From assembly GCA_944358795.1 (NCBI GenBank), contig CALVRW010000011.1, positions 5,737-69,736 of the forward strand: a stretch of 64,000 bases of DNA, given 5' to 3'. The position numbers and the translations under genes were made by a program. The DNA is from an uncultured Bacilli bacterium. GTDB taxonomy: Bacteria; Bacillota_I; Bacilli_A; RF39; UBA660. Positions 40,998-49,926 of this stretch are shown here, piece by piece (the stretch's first letter is position 1; every line of letters begins with the position of its first letter). The notes beneath the pieces were generated by a model that did not search any database, had not been told where the DNA came from, and saw only the letters and a program-made list of their open reading frames with translations.

Positions 40998-41202
40998 AAA
41001 TAAAAAATGATAGTAGTATATAGTTATAGATAGTTTTTGATTTTTGGATTTAAGTTCCGGTAAAATTTTATAAATTTGTTGAAATATTAAGCTAAAATTA
41101 GTGTATATACTAAACAATGTAATTTTTCTAATTCTTTTTGATATATATTGCTTAAATTATAACCTTGGTTAAAAAAATACCGAAACTCAAGTTTTTGGAT
41201 GC

Positions 41203-41231
41203 TTGCGACAATATCCGTAAAGTAGTATAAT
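41203..41231 (+). promoter_or_regulatory. Sigma-A type promoter (TTGCGA-17-TATAAT)
   Basis: Upstream of the second prepilin gene. Confidence 0.55.
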
Positions 41232-41257
41232 GAAGTTATGATAGGAGCGAATAAAGA

Positions 41258-41638
41258 ATGAAAAAAAATCAAGGGTTTACGTTAATTGAGCTTTTAGCAA
41301 CCATTGCAGTACTTGCTATTGTTGCGTTAATCGCAACACCAACTGTTTATAGGGCAATCAATGGTTCACGTGAAAAAGCATATAATGATCAAGTATCTGC
41401 TATTATTACTGGAGCAAAATCTTGGAGTTCAGATCAAAATAATTTTTATAAGTTGCCTGCAAAAGGTGGAATGACAACGGTAACATTAAAAGAATTAAAA
41501 AAAGGTGGATATGTAGACAGTGACATTGTAAATATAAAGAATGGGAAAAAATTTGATGATAATTGTACGAAAGTAGATATTACTTATGATGGAAAAAAGT
41601 TAAGTTATAAATTAAATACGTCTAGTTGTACAAATTAA
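41258..41638 (+). CDS. Prepilin-type pilin/pseudopilin (ComGC/PilA-like, 126 aa)
   Basis: Leader MKKNQG followed by FTLIELLATIAVLAIVALIATP. RBS aggagcga. Confidence 0.75.
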   Translation: MKKNQGFTLIELLATIAVLAIVALIATPTVYRAINGSREKAYNDQVSAIITGAKSWSSDQNNFYKLPAKGGMTTVTLKELKKGGYVDSDIVNIKNGKKFDDNCTKVDITYDGKKLSYKLNTSSCTN

Positions 41639-41750
41639 ATGTCTAAAAATGAAAAACTAAAGAAAAGATATTTTCTTTTCTTGTAAATTATGTTAAAATG
41701 AAACAGTAGAATGTATCAACATAGCTAGGTAATATAAAGGAGGAGTTAGT

Positions 41751-42158
41751 GTGGCACTAAATTTTAAAAAAATCTTTGATGGTGAAGATGATATGTACGA
41801 AAAAAGTTCGGGAGACGAATATTATAAATTATCTGCTGATGAAGCAATTGATAATAACGGTGGAACTAAAATGATATTATTAGAACCACGTGCGTATTCT
41901 GAATCACAACAAATTGTTGATTATTTAAAAAATAGAAATGCAGTTGTTGTGAATTTGAAAAGAGTTACAAGTGACCAAGCAAAACGAATTGTTGACTTTT
42001 TAAGTGGAACAATTTATGCGATTGGTGGAGATTTACAAAAGATCGGTGGAGGTATTTTCTTATGTACACCAAATAACGTAAATGTACAAGGAAAAATTAC
42101 TGATGATAACGATGGTAAAGATATCCATGATAATGATGATATTAATATTGAATGGTAA
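41751..42158 (+). CDS. sepF: Cell division protein SepF
   Basis: [59 protein letters not shown] matches SepF. The start is a GTG with RBS aaaggagg. Confidence 0.85.
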   Translation: MALNFKKIFDGEDDMYEKSSGDEYYKLSADEAIDNNGGTKMILLEPRAYSESQQIVDYLKNRNAVVVNLKRVTSDQAKRIVDFLSGTIYAIGGDLQKIGGGIFLCTPNNVNVQGKITDDNDGKDIHDNDDINIEW

Positions 42159-42225
42159 ATGCAAAAATTGATTGAATTAGAAATAAAAGTGTGCTACAAT
42201 AGGGCGTAGTGCCAGAGGTGATGAT

Positions 42226-42684
42226 ATGGATAAGTTTAATCGAACACTTCGTGGTTATGATCCAATTGAAGTCAATAACTTTTTAGATAAAGTTATTAAG
42301 CAAGTGGAAATAATGGTTGGGGAATTAAACGAAAAAGATGAAAAGATTGCTCGTTTAGAGGCTTATGAAAAAGAAAATGAAATGTTAAAACAAAAATTAG
42401 AACAATATCGTAGAACAGAAGAAACGATGAATCGGGCAATTATGATGGCACAAAAAACATCAGATCAGATGAAAGTAGCTGCTCATCATGAATGCGAAGT
42501 TATTATTAATGATGCGAAACGTAATGCGAATCGTATTATCAATGAAGCCCTTTTAAAAGCTGAAAAAACAGAGCAAGAAGCAAATATGTTAAGACGTAAT
42601 ATTAGTATTTTTAAACGTCGATTAAGAAGTATCATCGAAGCACAACTAGAAATGGTTGATGAAATTGACCATGTAGAATTATAA
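42226..42684 (+). CDS. divIVA: DivIVA domain protein
   Basis: N-terminus FNRTLRGYDPIEVNNFLDKV plus a coiled coil. Confidence 0.85.
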   Translation: MDKFNRTLRGYDPIEVNNFLDKVIKQVEIMVGELNEKDEKIARLEAYEKENEMLKQKLEQYRRTEETMNRAIMMAQKTSDQMKVAAHHECEVIINDAKRNANRIINEALLKAEKTEQEANMLRRNISIFKRRLRSIIEAQLEMVDEIDHVEL

Positions 42685-42699
42685 AACAATCGAGAAAGA

Positions 42700-42895
42700 C
42701 GGTATATAACTAGAGTGATAGAAAGTTCGTGGTTGATGGAAACGAATACGAAGGTTATATATAGATCACTTTTGATGTGACTAATGAAGGTTAGTCCGGG
42801 TAACGCCGTTATCGTATTAAGTGTATAAACTCATTATAAAATAAGGTGGTACCGCGGGGAAACTCGTCCTTATAATAAATGAGTTTTTTTGTTAT
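42700..42895 (+). promoter_or_regulatory. T-box riboswitch leader (tRNA-sensing antiterminator) of ileS
   Basis: Conserved T-box sequence aaggtggtaccgcgg at about 42844-42858. It is followed by the terminator hairpin aaactcatt…aatgagttt and a T-run immediately upstream of the ileS RBS. Confidence 0.75.
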
Positions 42896-42916
42896 ATCAT
42901 ATAGTAGGAGGTTTTT

Positions 42917-45900
42917 ATGGGACAATTTAAAGAATTAAGTAAAGAAAAAGTAAGTGTAGTAGAAAGTAAGATTTTAAAAGAATGGAAAGAGAAAGATATT
43001 TTAAATTTAACGATTGAAAATAGAAAAGGAAAAGAAGATTTTGTTTTCTATGATGGTCCAATTTATGCGAATGCGAAACCTGGAATTCATCATGTTTTTG
43101 CGAAAACAATTAAAGATGCTTTCTGTAAGTATAAAACGATGCGTGGGTACCGTGTTTTAAGAAAGATTGGATTAGATACACATGGACTTCCAATCGAAGT
43201 AAATGTTGAAAAAAAATTGGGATTTAAATCAAAAACTGATATTGAAGAATTTGGAATTGAAAAATTTTGTGAAGAATGTAAAAGCGAGACAGATAGTAAT
43301 ATTGATGAAGTAAAAAAAGTAACGGATATGATGGGACAATTTATTGATTGTGATCATCCATATGTTACTTGTAGTAATGAATATATTGAATCTGAATGGT
43401 GGATTGTAAATGAATTAAATAAAAAAGGACTACTTTACCATGGAAATAAAGTATTACCATATTGTCCTAGATGTGGTACGGAACTTGCAAGCCATGAAGT
43501 ATCACAAGGATACAAAGAAGTTAGTGTTAATACGGTTATTGTACCATTTAAATTAGTAGATAAAGATGAATATTTCTTAGTATGGACTACAACACCATGG
43601 ACTTTAATGGCCAATGTTGCAGTATGTGTAAACCCTGATTTAGAATATGTAAAAGTAGAGTCTCGTGGATATAAATTTATTTTATGTTCTAGTTTATTAC
43701 AACAAGTATTAGGGGATGACTATGAAATATTAGAAACATATAAGGGAACTGACTTAGTTGGAATGAAATATGAACAATTTATGCCATTTGTTAAAGTAGA
43801 AGGAAAAGCTTTTGAAGTAATTGCTGATACATATGTTACAGATAGTGATGGTACAGGTATTGTTCATATCGCACCTGCTTATGGGGCAGATGACAACCGT
43901 ATTTGTGTTGCGAATGGAATTGCTTTTGTGAATCCAGTAGGAACAGATGGATGTTATAAAGAAGGACCATGGAAAGGAACGTTAGTAACGGATCCAGAAT
44001 TAGAACTTGATATTATTAAATGGTTAAAAGAGAATGATAAATTATTTAAAAAACAAAAGATGACGCATGATTATCCACATTGTTGGAGATGTAAACAACC
44101 ACTTATTTATTTTGCAAAACCAGCATGGTATGTAAGAAATACTGCATATAAAGAAGAAATTATTAAAGCAAATGAAACAGTAAACTGGTATCCAGATTAT
44201 ATTGGAAAGAAGAGATTTGCTAACTGGTTAGAAAATATGATTGATTGGGGTATTTCAAGAAATCGTTATTGGGGTTGTCCACTTCCAATTTGGACTTGTG
44301 ATTGTGGTCATTTTGAAACAATTGGTTCTGTTGCTGAATTAAAAGAAAAAGCAGTTGAAAAAGTAGAGGATAATTTAGAACTTCATCGTCCATATGTTGA
44401 TCAAATTCATCTTACTTGTCCACATTGTGGAAAAAAGATGAGTCGTGTAAGTGATGTAATGGATGTATGGTTTGATTCAGGAGCGATGCCATATGCACAA
44501 TTCCATTATCCATTTGAAAATAAAGAATTATTTGAATCACAATTTCCAGCTGATTTTATTGCAGAAGGGGTAGACCAAACAAGAGGTTGGTTCTATGTAT
44601 TAATAGTTCTTTCTACTTTAATTAGTGGAAAATCTAGTTTCAAAAATGTTGTAGTAAACGATATGATGTTAGATGCTAATGGAAAGAAAATGAGTAAATC
44701 AACAGGAAATATTATTAATCCAATTGAGATTATGGAACAATATGGAGCTGATACAGTTCGATTCTATATGTTATATGCATCTCCAATTTGGACTCCATTA
44801 AAATTTGATGTAGAAGGATTAAAAGAAGTATATTCTAAATTCTTTAATACTTTAAAAAATACTTATAATTTCTTTGCTCTTTATGCGAATACTGATCAAG
44901 TAGATCCAAGAGAATTTGAAGTTGATTATCAAGATAGAACATTAATTGATAAATGGTTGCTTTCTAAATATCATCAATTATTAAAAGATGTGACAAGTTA
45001 TTATGAAGAATATGATTTAACAAAAGTAGTACGTAGTATTACAAACTTTGTAAATGAAGATTTATCAAATTGGTATATTAGAAGAAATCGTAGAAGATTC
45101 TGGGCAAGTGAATTAGATCTTGATAAAAAAGCGGTTTATAAAACAACTTATGAAGTATTGGTAGGACTTTGTGAAATGATTGCTCCAATTGTACCTTATC
45201 TTTCAGAAGAAATGTATCAAGCATTAACAGGAAAAGAATCTGTTCATTTAGCAGACTTCCCAACTTATGATGAAAAGTTGATTGATAAAGCAATTGAAGA
45301 AAAAATGGATTTAGTTCGTGACTTAATTAGTTTAGGAAGAAATGCCAGAGAAGAAGCAAAAATTAAAGTTCGTCAACCAATTAGTAAAGTAATTATTGAT
45401 GGTAAGAATAAGGAAATTATTGGAGACCTTACAGATTTAATTTTAGAAGAATTAAATGTAAAAGAAGTTGTTTATGAGGAAAACTTAAGTAACTTCATGA
45501 ACTTTATTGTTCTTCCTAATTACAAAGTAGCGGGTCCAATCTTTGGTTCTAATATTAAAGCATATGCAAAAGCATTAACAGAACTTTCTTTAGAACAAAT
45601 TATGAGTCTACAAAGCGAGGAAAATATTGATATTTTAGTAGATGATGTAGAATACAATATTTCTAGTGATATGGTAGTAATTCGTATTTCTTCAAAAGAA
45701 GGATTTAATGCACAAATGGAACACAATCACTTCATTATTTTAGATACAGAATTAACAGATGATTTAATTTATGAAGGAATTGCTCGTGAACTTGTTTCTA
45801 AAGTACAAAATTTAAGAAAGAATAAAGATTTTGAAGTAGCAGATCGTATCTTGTTATATTATAATGGAGACGAAGAGTTTGAAAAAGCGCTTACTAAATT

Positions 45901-46015
45901 TAAAGAATTTGTACAAAATGAAACATTAGCTTTAAATATTACAAAGAAAGAGAATCTAGAAGTAGCTTATGATTTAAATGGACATGAAGTATATCTTGAT
46001 GTTGAAAGAGTATAG
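42917..46015 (+). CDS. ileS: Isoleucyl-tRNA synthetase (type 2-like)
   Basis: HIGH-region variant PGIHHVFAKTIKD…YKTMRG and KMSKS as KKMSKSTGN. 1032 aa with no C-terminal zinc finger of type 1. Confidence 0.9.
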   Translation: MGQFKELSKEKVSVVESKILKEWKEKDILNLTIENRKGKEDFVFYDGPIYANAKPGIHHVFAKTIKDAFCKYKTMRGYRVLRKIGLDTHGLPIEVNVEKKLGFKSKTDIEEFGIEKFCEECKSETDSNIDEVKKVTDMMGQFIDCDHPYVTCSNEYIESEWWIVNELNKKGLLYHGNKVLPYCPRCGTELASHEVSQGYKEVSVNTVIVPFKLVDKDEYFLVWTTTPWTLMANVAVCVNPDLEYVKVESRGYKFILCSSLLQQVLGDDYEILETYKGTDLVGMKYEQFMPFVKVEGKAFEVIADTYVTDSDGTGIVHIAPAYGADDNRICVANGIAFVNPVGTDGCYKEGPWKGTLVTDPELELDIIKWLKENDKLFKKQKMTHDYPHCWRCKQPLIYFAKPAWYVRNTAYKEEIIKANETVNWYPDYIGKKRFANWLENMIDWGISRNRYWGCPLPIWTCDCGHFETIGSVAELKEKAVEKVEDNLELHRPYVDQIHLTCPHCGKKMSRVSDVMDVWFDSGAMPYAQFHYPFENKELFESQFPADFIAEGVDQTRGWFYVLIVLSTLISGKSSFKNVVVNDMMLDANGKKMSKSTGNIINPIEIMEQYGADTVRFYMLYASPIWTPLKFDVEGLKEVYSKFFNTLKNTYNFFALYANTDQVDPREFEVDYQDRTLIDKWLLSKYHQLLKDVTSYYEEYDLTKVVRSITNFVNEDLSNWYIRRNRRRFWASELDLDKKAVYKTTYEVLVGLCEMIAPIVPYLSEEMYQALTGKESVHLADFPTYDEKLIDKAIEEKMDLVRDLISLGRNAREEAKIKVRQPISKVIIDGKNKEIIGDLTDLILEELNVKEVVYEENLSNFMNFIVLPNYKVAGPIFGSNIKAYAKALTELSLEQIMSLQSEENIDILVDDVEYNISSDMVVIRISSKEGFNAQMEHNHFIILDTELTDDLIYEGIARELVSKVQNLRKNKDFEVADRILLYYNGDEEFEKALTKFKEFVQNETLALNITKKENLEVAYDLNGHEVYLDVERV

Positions 46016-46031
46016 CAGAATCTATCAAAAA

Positions 46032-46066
46032 AAGTAAACAGGAGAAAACGCTTGTTTACTTTTTAT
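46032..46066 (+). terminator. Rho-independent terminator after ileS
   Basis: Stem aagtaaaca / tgtttactt followed by T-rich sequence. Confidence 0.65.
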
Positions 46067-46071
46067 TATGA

Positions 46072-46100
46072 TTGAAAAAAGAATGAAACATTGGTACAAT
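46072..46100 (+). promoter_or_regulatory. Sigma-A type promoter (TTGAAA-17-TACAAT)
   Basis: Upstream of 46130. Confidence 0.5.
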
Positions 46101-46129
46101 TTTAAGTGTAGAGATTATGAGGTGTTATT

Positions 46130-46630
46130 ATGAAAAATCAAAATAAAATGGTATTATTTTATGGGATGGATCCAGTTGATGGTCAAGTAAAAAATGGATC
46201 TTATGATCGTATTGGAAATATTTATGAAGATGATTTTCACATTTCTTGTTTTCAAGAATTTTGTAAATCTCACTTTTTAGATATCAAAGCATTTCAGAAT
46301 TTATCTTATCGTAGTTCTATTGATATTGTTAGTTATTTTTTATCTAAAGTGATGGGACATGTTGTATTTGTTAATACAACAAAAGATATTGAAAACTATG
46401 GTTATTCAGGAATGGTTTTTATGCCTTCACAATTAACCGAAGAGCAAACAACTTTGTTAAAATCATTTGTCGAAGAATTAACTTCATTTCAAATTTTAAT
46501 TAATTACGATATGGAATTAAATGATGGAATTATTGAAACAAAATCAAAACAAACTACAAGTACAATTGATACTAAACAATTTGTCAATGATTTTATTGAT
46601 ACTCATTATAAAGAAGGAAAGAAGAAGTAA
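46130..46630 (+). CDS. Hypothetical protein
   Basis: ORF with RBS gaggtg; no motif recognised. Confidence 0.4.
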   Translation: MKNQNKMVLFYGMDPVDGQVKNGSYDRIGNIYEDDFHISCFQEFCKSHFLDIKAFQNLSYRSSIDIVSYFLSKVMGHVVFVNTTKDIENYGYSGMVFMPSQLTEEQTTLLKSFVEELTSFQILINYDMELNDGIIETKSKQTTSTIDTKQFVNDFIDTHYKEGKKK

Positions 46631-46631
46631 T

Positions 46632-47150
46632 ATGTCTTGCTATGAATATGATGACTTATATGAAAAGTGTCAAAATACCGGATTATATCATCTGTTTTGT
46701 TTTGATATAAAAAATAGTAAAAGTTGTCATGATAATAAAATAGAGATTTTATATACGTTATTACATCGATTATATTTAGTTTTAGAATCATTAGAAAAAG
46801 AACTAAAACGTCCGATTTTAGTTCGAGAATCGCCTTTATTATTGGGGATTTATCAAAATGGTCATTATAGTTATCCACGTGTCAATGATATGCGAGATTG
46901 TAATGCGAATTATTATGAACCATTATTATTTGGTGATTCTATTTTTCTTACTGTATATCGAGATGCGATTAGTACAGATGAAATGTTTCACATCTTTGAT
47001 GAAGTAAAAGAATCACTTGGTATACCTTATCAGTTTCATTATCATCATGGATATTATGAAACAAATGATATTGCAAAATCTCGCGAACAATATTTTCGTG
47101 GCGATTTATTAGGAAAATTAGAACAAGCGCATAAGAAAAAAGTGAAGTAA
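46632..47150 (+). CDS. Hypothetical protein
   Basis: RBS aaggaaag before the ATG at 46632. The ORF-track 5' extension overlaps the previous gene. Confidence 0.4.
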   Translation: MSCYEYDDLYEKCQNTGLYHLFCFDIKNSKSCHDNKIEILYTLLHRLYLVLESLEKELKRPILVRESPLLLGIYQNGHYSYPRVNDMRDCNANYYEPLLFGDSIFLTVYRDAISTDEMFHIFDEVKESLGIPYQFHYHHGYYETNDIAKSREQYFRGDLLGKLEQAHKKKVK

Positions 47151-47246
47151 GTAATTGTTAAATAATTTTAAACTATCTCATTTTATTTGATGGTAGGGAA
47201 ATTGTACTAGAAACTGAAGAATTTGAATAAAGTAAAAGATGGACTT

Positions 47247-47336
47247 TCATCCATCTTTGTTTTTTTTTATAAATTCTCTAAGCATTTTAGTAAGTGCTCT
47301 TTTTTCGATTCTCGACACATAACTTCGAGATATCAT
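47247..47336 (-). pseudogene. Displaced duplicate of the last 25 codons of sigK (MISRSYVSRIEKRALTKMLREFIKKNKDG*), in frame immediately after the XRE gene
   Basis: The reverse-complement translation reproduces the SigK C-terminus ISRSYVSRIEKRALTKMLREFMKKNKD with one substitution. Confidence 0.6.
47255..47333. repeat. Direct repeat copy A (79 bp, 3 mismatches) of the sigK 3' end; att-like
   Basis: Aligned by eye with 49111..49189. Copy A is ctttgtttttttttataaattctctaagcattttagtaagtgctcttttttcgattctcgacacataacttcgagatat and copy B is ctttgttttttttcataaattctctaagcattttagtaagtgctcttttttcaattctcgacacataacttcgcgatat. Confidence 0.85.
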
Positions 47337-47582
47337 TTATTCTTCCTCTAAAGGTTTAAATAATTCTCTAATATCTATATTTAATACTTCGGCAAATCTC
47401 CATATTGTTCCTAATCCAAATGTTTGATGGTATTTAGGACTTTCTATGTTCATTATAAAGCCTTCACTATAATTACATTTTTCTGCAAATTGGCTTTGAG
47501 TTAATCCTTTTAGTTTTCTTTGTTTTTTCAGGTTTTGTGCTACTAAATAATATACATAGTTTTCATCTTCTTTACTAATCAT
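47337..47582 (-). CDS. XRE-family helix-turn-helix transcriptional regulator (phage cI/Cro-like)
   Basis: LKKQRKLKGLTQSQFAEKCNYSEGFIMNIE is a classic HTH_3 motif. Confidence 0.8.
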   Translation of the reverse strand: MISKEDENYVYYLVAQNLKKQRKLKGLTQSQFAEKCNYSEGFIMNIESPKYHQTFGLGTIWRFAEVLNIDIRELFKPLEEE

Positions 47583-47737
47583 ATTATAGCACCTACCTTT
47601 CTAGTAATATTTTCTCACTTATTTATCAAAATATACTTCACCTATTCGTTGAGGTGTGCTATAATGTAAATGTAGTAATTATTGGTTAAAAATATGCTAG
47701 TATAGGTATTTTTAATAAATGTAGTATGGGAGGAGGT

Positions 47738-48094
47738 ATGGAAGTGGAAACAAAATTTTGTGAGTTTTGTGGAGCCAAGGTAGTAATTGATGCAGTTATT
47801 TGTCCAAACTGTGGGAAGCAACTTGAAGAATTAAAAACAGAAGAAAATAGGTCTAATCCTCAAGTAATTATAAATAACTCAAATACAATTAATGGAATTG
47901 CTGGTAAAAAACAATGCGACAAATGGGTTGCACTAATTCTATGTGTTTTTTTAGGAGTTTTAGGTGGACATAAATTTTACGAGGGTAAAGCTGGAATGGG
48001 AATTTTATATATTTTCACTGTAGGATTATTTGGAATAGGTATCATAGTAGATTTTATTTCGATACTATGTAAACCTAATCCATATTATGTATAG
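47738..48094 (+). CDS. Zinc-ribbon plus TM2-domain membrane protein
   Basis: N-terminal CEFCG…CPNCG zinc ribbon. C-terminal TM2-like pair ALILCVFLGVLGGHKFYEGKAGMGILYIFTVGLFGIGIIVDFI. RBS gggaggagg. Confidence 0.6.
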   Translation: MEVETKFCEFCGAKVVIDAVICPNCGKQLEELKTEENRSNPQVIINNSNTINGIAGKKQCDKWVALILCVFLGVLGGHKFYEGKAGMGILYIFTVGLFGIGIIVDFISILCKPNPYYV

Positions 48095-48104
48095 GAGGAG
48101 TAAA

Positions 48105-48977
48105 ATGGAAAATAAAAAATTTTGTAAATTTTGTGGTGAAAAAATTGATAGTGATTCAGTAGTTTGTCCAAAATGTGGAAGACAATTGGAAACTACCAAA
48201 AAGGTTGAAGATGTAAACAGAATAACAAATCAAGGCGAGGAAAAGCCTAAATTTTATACACAAGACTGGTTTATGTGGGTTATGTTGATTTTTGTTGCAC
48301 CAGTTGGTATATTTTTAATGTGGAAGTATAATGATAAGATGAAAAAAAATACAAAGATAATATTATCAATAGTATTTGCAATATTTTTCTTGATTTTTGC
48401 ATTTGGTGGAAGCAGTGATACAACGACAACTGATAAGCCATCATCAAATAACAACAATGATAAAAATGCTGAAGTAAATGTGAAAAAAGTTGAAGTTATT
48501 GATTTTAGTTCAATGAAAGAAAATGAAATATTAACTTGGTGTAATGAGAATAATCTGATTTGTAATTTTGAAAGAGAATATTCTGATACAGTTGCAAAAG
48601 ATGCCTACATTAATCAAAGTGTTAATGCTGGTGAACAAGTTGTTGAAAACACAAAAGTAACTGTTACTTATTCTCTAGGTAAAGCTCCTACTAAAGGACA
48701 AGAGAATGCTGTAAGAAAAGCAGAATCATATTTGGACACAATGCCATTTTCTAGAAATGGATTAATAGAGCAGCTTGAATTTGAAGGTTTTACGAATGAA
48801 GAAGCTGTATATGGTGTAGATAATGTTATTGTTGATTGGAATGAACAAGCTGTAAAAAAAGCAAAATCATATTTGGATACAATGCCATTTTCTAGAAATG
48901 GATTAATAGAGCAACTTGAATTTGAAGGGTTTACTCATGAACAAGCGGTTTATGGAGTAGATCAAAACGGATTATAA
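48105..48977 (+). CDS. Ltp-family (phage superinfection-exclusion lipoprotein-like) protein with N-terminal zinc ribbon and TM, a PASTA-like segment, and two tandem Ltp repeats
   Basis: CKFCG…CPKCG motif followed by a TM. The unit AVRKAESYLDTMPFSRNGLIEQLEFEGFT occurs twice, encoded by near-identical 120-bp DNA repeats at about 48712-48830 and 48847-48965. Confidence 0.65.
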   Translation: MENKKFCKFCGEKIDSDSVVCPKCGRQLETTKKVEDVNRITNQGEEKPKFYTQDWFMWVMLIFVAPVGIFLMWKYNDKMKKNTKIILSIVFAIFFLIFAFGGSSDTTTTDKPSSNNNNDKNAEVNVKKVEVIDFSSMKENEILTWCNENNLICNFEREYSDTVAKDAYINQSVNAGEQVVENTKVTVTYSLGKAPTKGQENAVRKAESYLDTMPFSRNGLIEQLEFEGFTNEEAVYGVDNVIVDWNEQAVKKAKSYLDTMPFSRNGLIEQLEFEGFTHEQAVYGVDQNGL

Positions 48978-49105
48978 TTTGTTACTAATAACTTATATTA
49001 TAAGATGATTATGATCTTCTTCTTTAATGATAAATAATATGCTTTATTACGAAACTGATTAAATTTTTAGAAATAATGTTACAAAAACAAAAGAACAAAG
49101 ATAAC

Positions 49106-49798
49106 TTAATCTTTGTTTTTTTTCATAAATTCTCTAAGCATTTTAGTAAGTGCTCTTTTTTCAATTCTCGACACATAACTTCGCGATATTTTTAATTTTT
49201 TCGCAATTTCTTTTTGGGTAATCGCATCTTGATCATCCAGTCCATATCTTGCCGTAATAATTTCTTTTTCTCTTGGTGTTAAAATTTGATAATATTGTTT
49301 TAAAAGATCAATATTGTCTTGTTTATGTAAATCCATTGCAAAATCTTGTTCTGGTGTTGTTAAGATATCTAAAAATGTAATTTCATTTCCATCTTTATCA
49401 AATCCAATTCCTTCATTAATACTAACATTTTTACTATTTTTTTTATCACTACGAAAATACATTAAGATTTCATTTTCAATACATCTTGCACAATAAGTTG
49501 TAATCCTAGTACCATGTTTATAAGAATAGGAGTCAACTCCTTTAATAAGTCCAATCGTTCCAATACTAATTAAGTCATCCATATCTTCTTTTCTATGATC
49601 ATATTTTTTTACAATATGCGCAACTAATCTTAAATTATGTTCAATTAATTTGTTTCGTGCTTCTTGGTCTCCTAATTTTGCTTTTTTCACACATTCTTCT
49701 TCTTCCTCTTTTGATAAGGGATCTGGAAATAAATTATTGGAGTAAGCAGCTGAAAACAAATAAAAATTTTGAAATAACTTTTTAATCCAATCAATCAA
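49106..49798 (-). CDS. sigK: Sporulation sigma factor K (pro-sigma-K, with N-terminal pro-sequence)
   Basis: LIEHNLRLVAHIVKKY, ISIGTIGLIKG, YCARCIENEILMYFR and ISRSYVSRIEKRAL are near-identical to B. subtilis SigK as I recall it. About 20 residues precede the NLFPDPLS region. Confidence 0.85.
   Translation of the reverse strand: MIDWIKKLFQNFYLFSAAYSNNLFPDPLSKEEEEECVKKAKLGDQEARNKLIEHNLRLVAHIVKKYDHRKEDMDDLISIGTIGLIKGVDSYSYKHGTRITTYCARCIENEILMYFRSDKKNSKNVSINEGIGFDKDGNEITFLDILTTPEQDFAMDLHKQDNIDLLKQYYQILTPREKEIITARYGLDDQDAITQKEIAKKLKISRSYVSRIEKRALTKMLREFMKKNKD
49111..49189. repeat. Direct repeat copy B (the functional 3' end of sigK)
   Basis: See copy A. This copy contains the sigK stop codon at 49106-49108 plus a terminator hairpin caaagat aacttaa tctttg. 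Confidence 0.85.
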
Positions 49799-49926
49799 TT
49801 ATTATCACTTCCTAATAATACTATATGAATTTTGAAATTTATTTAGAATGGTGGACAATGTATCAATTTGTTTGATTGTATCTAAATTAGTTTTTCGGTA
49901 TAATAGAAAGAAGTAGAGGTGATAAG

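Noticed and set aside
40028-41117. Minus-strand ORFs of 97 and 103 aa (L/F/S/P-rich) inside and after the first pilin gene
   Set aside because: They are translations of the pyrimidine-rich complement of the purine-rich tract and the pilin gene, with no start context.
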